51,393 nucleotides of DNA. Origin: Octopus bimaculoides. Lineage: Eukaryota. Within the stretch, counting starts at the first letter, position 1; every line of letters begins with the position of its first letter. Below the pieces are notes generated by a model. That model ran no database searches, had not been told where the DNA came from, and saw only the letters and a program-made list of their open reading frames with translations. The DNA lies in NCBI RefSeq assembly GCF_001194135.2, contig NC_068987.1, positions 16,781,160-16,832,552 on the forward strand. The letters are read 5' to 3'. The position numbers and the translations under genes are program-made. This document shows, in pieces, positions 49,867-51,393 of the stretch.

Positions 49867-50898
49867 AGGTGGAGTTAACATTGATTCTAAATTTTGGCAC
49901 AAGGCTAGCAATTTTGGGGTATTGGGTAAATCGATTACATCGACCCCGGTGCTCAGTTGATACTTATTTTATCGATCACTAAAGGATAAAAAGCAAAACT
50001 GACCTCGCCGGAATGTGAACTCACAACGTAAGGACAGACGTAAAGCATTTCGCCCGGCGTGCTAACAATTCTGCTAGCATGCCGTCTTAGGTGAACTTAA
50101 TAATGATTTCAAATTTTGGCACAAAGCCAGCAGTTTTGCAGGAAGGGGAAAGTCGAGAACATCGACGTCAGTGTTCAAATGGTATTTACCCAATCGACGC
50201 TGAAAGCAGACCACAGCGGAATTCGAGGTGAAGTTAATATTGGTTTCAAATTTAGGCACGAGGCCAGCAATTTCGGGATAAGGGGGTGAGCCGATTATAT
50301 CGACCTCAGTACACAACTGGTACTTATTTTATCGACCACTAAAGGATGAAAAGCAAAGTGAACCCCAGTTGAATTTGAACTCAGAACATAAAGACGGACG
50401 TAATACCGCTAAGAATTACACCCAACGCGGTAAGGATTCTGCCAGTTCCCCACCTTAGGTGGGTTTAATATTAATTTCAAACAATGCGGCGAACTGGCAG
50501 AAACGTAGGCACGCCGGGCGAAATGTTTAGCGGTAATTCGTCTGTCTTTATCGATCTCGAAAGGATGAAAGGCATAGTGTACCTCGGCGGAATTTGAACT
50601 TAGAATGTAAAGACGGATGAAATGCTGCTAAGCATTTTGACCGTCGCGGTAGCCATTCTGCCATCTCGTCGTCTTACGGTGGACGGCGAACCGGCTGAAT
50701 CGTTAGCATGCCGGGTAAATTGTTTAGTGGTATTTGGTCCATCTTATACATTCTGAGTTCAAGTTCCGCTGAGGTCGACTTTACCTTTCATCCTCTCGGG
50801 GTCGTTAAAATAAGTACCAGTTGATCATTAGGGATCGATATAATCGACTTAACCCCTCCCTCGAAATTGCTGGCCTTGTGCCAAAATTTGAAACCAAT
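49867..50898. mobile_element. Dense cluster of six family A SINE copies or fragments in mixed orientation
   Basis: Minus copies at about 49880-50088, 50104-50225, 50240-50456 and 50547-50673. Plus copies at 50486-50550 (head only) and 50681-50898. Confidence 0.88.
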
Positions 50899-51369
50899 AG
50901 ATAATGTTTTTAGTAAAGCGTTTACGCATTCGTATATAAAAGACTAGGTCGTTCAGAATACCTTTGGCGTATTTGGTAGCACAACATACCGATGTAAGAC
51001 GGATATGAAATTCGATACCCGTGAGATATTATTCTAACTTTCGATATTTAAATATTCAGGTATTATACTTATTCAATACAATTAATTACTTTGCTTATTC
51101 TATATTTTGCTCAAGGCGTAAAGATATAAAAATTTCAGTGTAATACTACATTGTGATGGTTCGTGCGCTGCGCTGAGGAACTTAACAATCCCATTAAGTT
51201 ATATTGTTTGTTATATGTATCGTTCGTAGCTTGATGGAAACTTTGCCATTCCATATGCCGACAGCGTTTCGAAACGACTCTCTCGCTCTTAGGTGGAACC
51301 CGTGAATGATAATGGTTTTTTTGTATTGGTAGAAATAGAGATAGTAACAGAATTTGTAACAGTAGCTGT

Positions 51370-51393
51370 TGCCTCCTCCTCCTCCTCCTCCTC
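51370..51393. repeat. (CCT)n microsatellite, cut by the window edge
   Basis: Direct reading. Confidence 0.9.

Overview
This is AT-rich, repeat-saturated eukaryotic scaffold DNA with 15 N-gaps, most of them bordered by microsatellites. I recognised no host protein-coding exon. Almost all ORF-track entries are read-throughs of microsatellites or gaps. The repeat landscape (dense di-, tri- and tetranucleotide repeats plus tRNA-headed SINEs) resembles what I recall of octopus genomes; this is an inference, not a search result. Supported content: about 35 SINE copies or fragments from several tRNA-derived families, three decayed R4/Dong-type LINE pieces, one RTE piece, one CRE-type piece, three mariner remnants (one a MITE in a three-level nest), a hAT transposase remnant and a 177-bp TIR MITE. 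The most interesting signal is a set of seven type-I hammerhead-ribozyme (HHR)-like motifs in four sequence contexts. One has an intact catalytic core (22828-22877). Another sits in a tRNA-headed SINE whose 3' tail is duplicated as a perfect 44-bp inverted repeat at its 5' side (10721-11064), which suggests a SINE mobilised by Penelope-like elements (PLEs).
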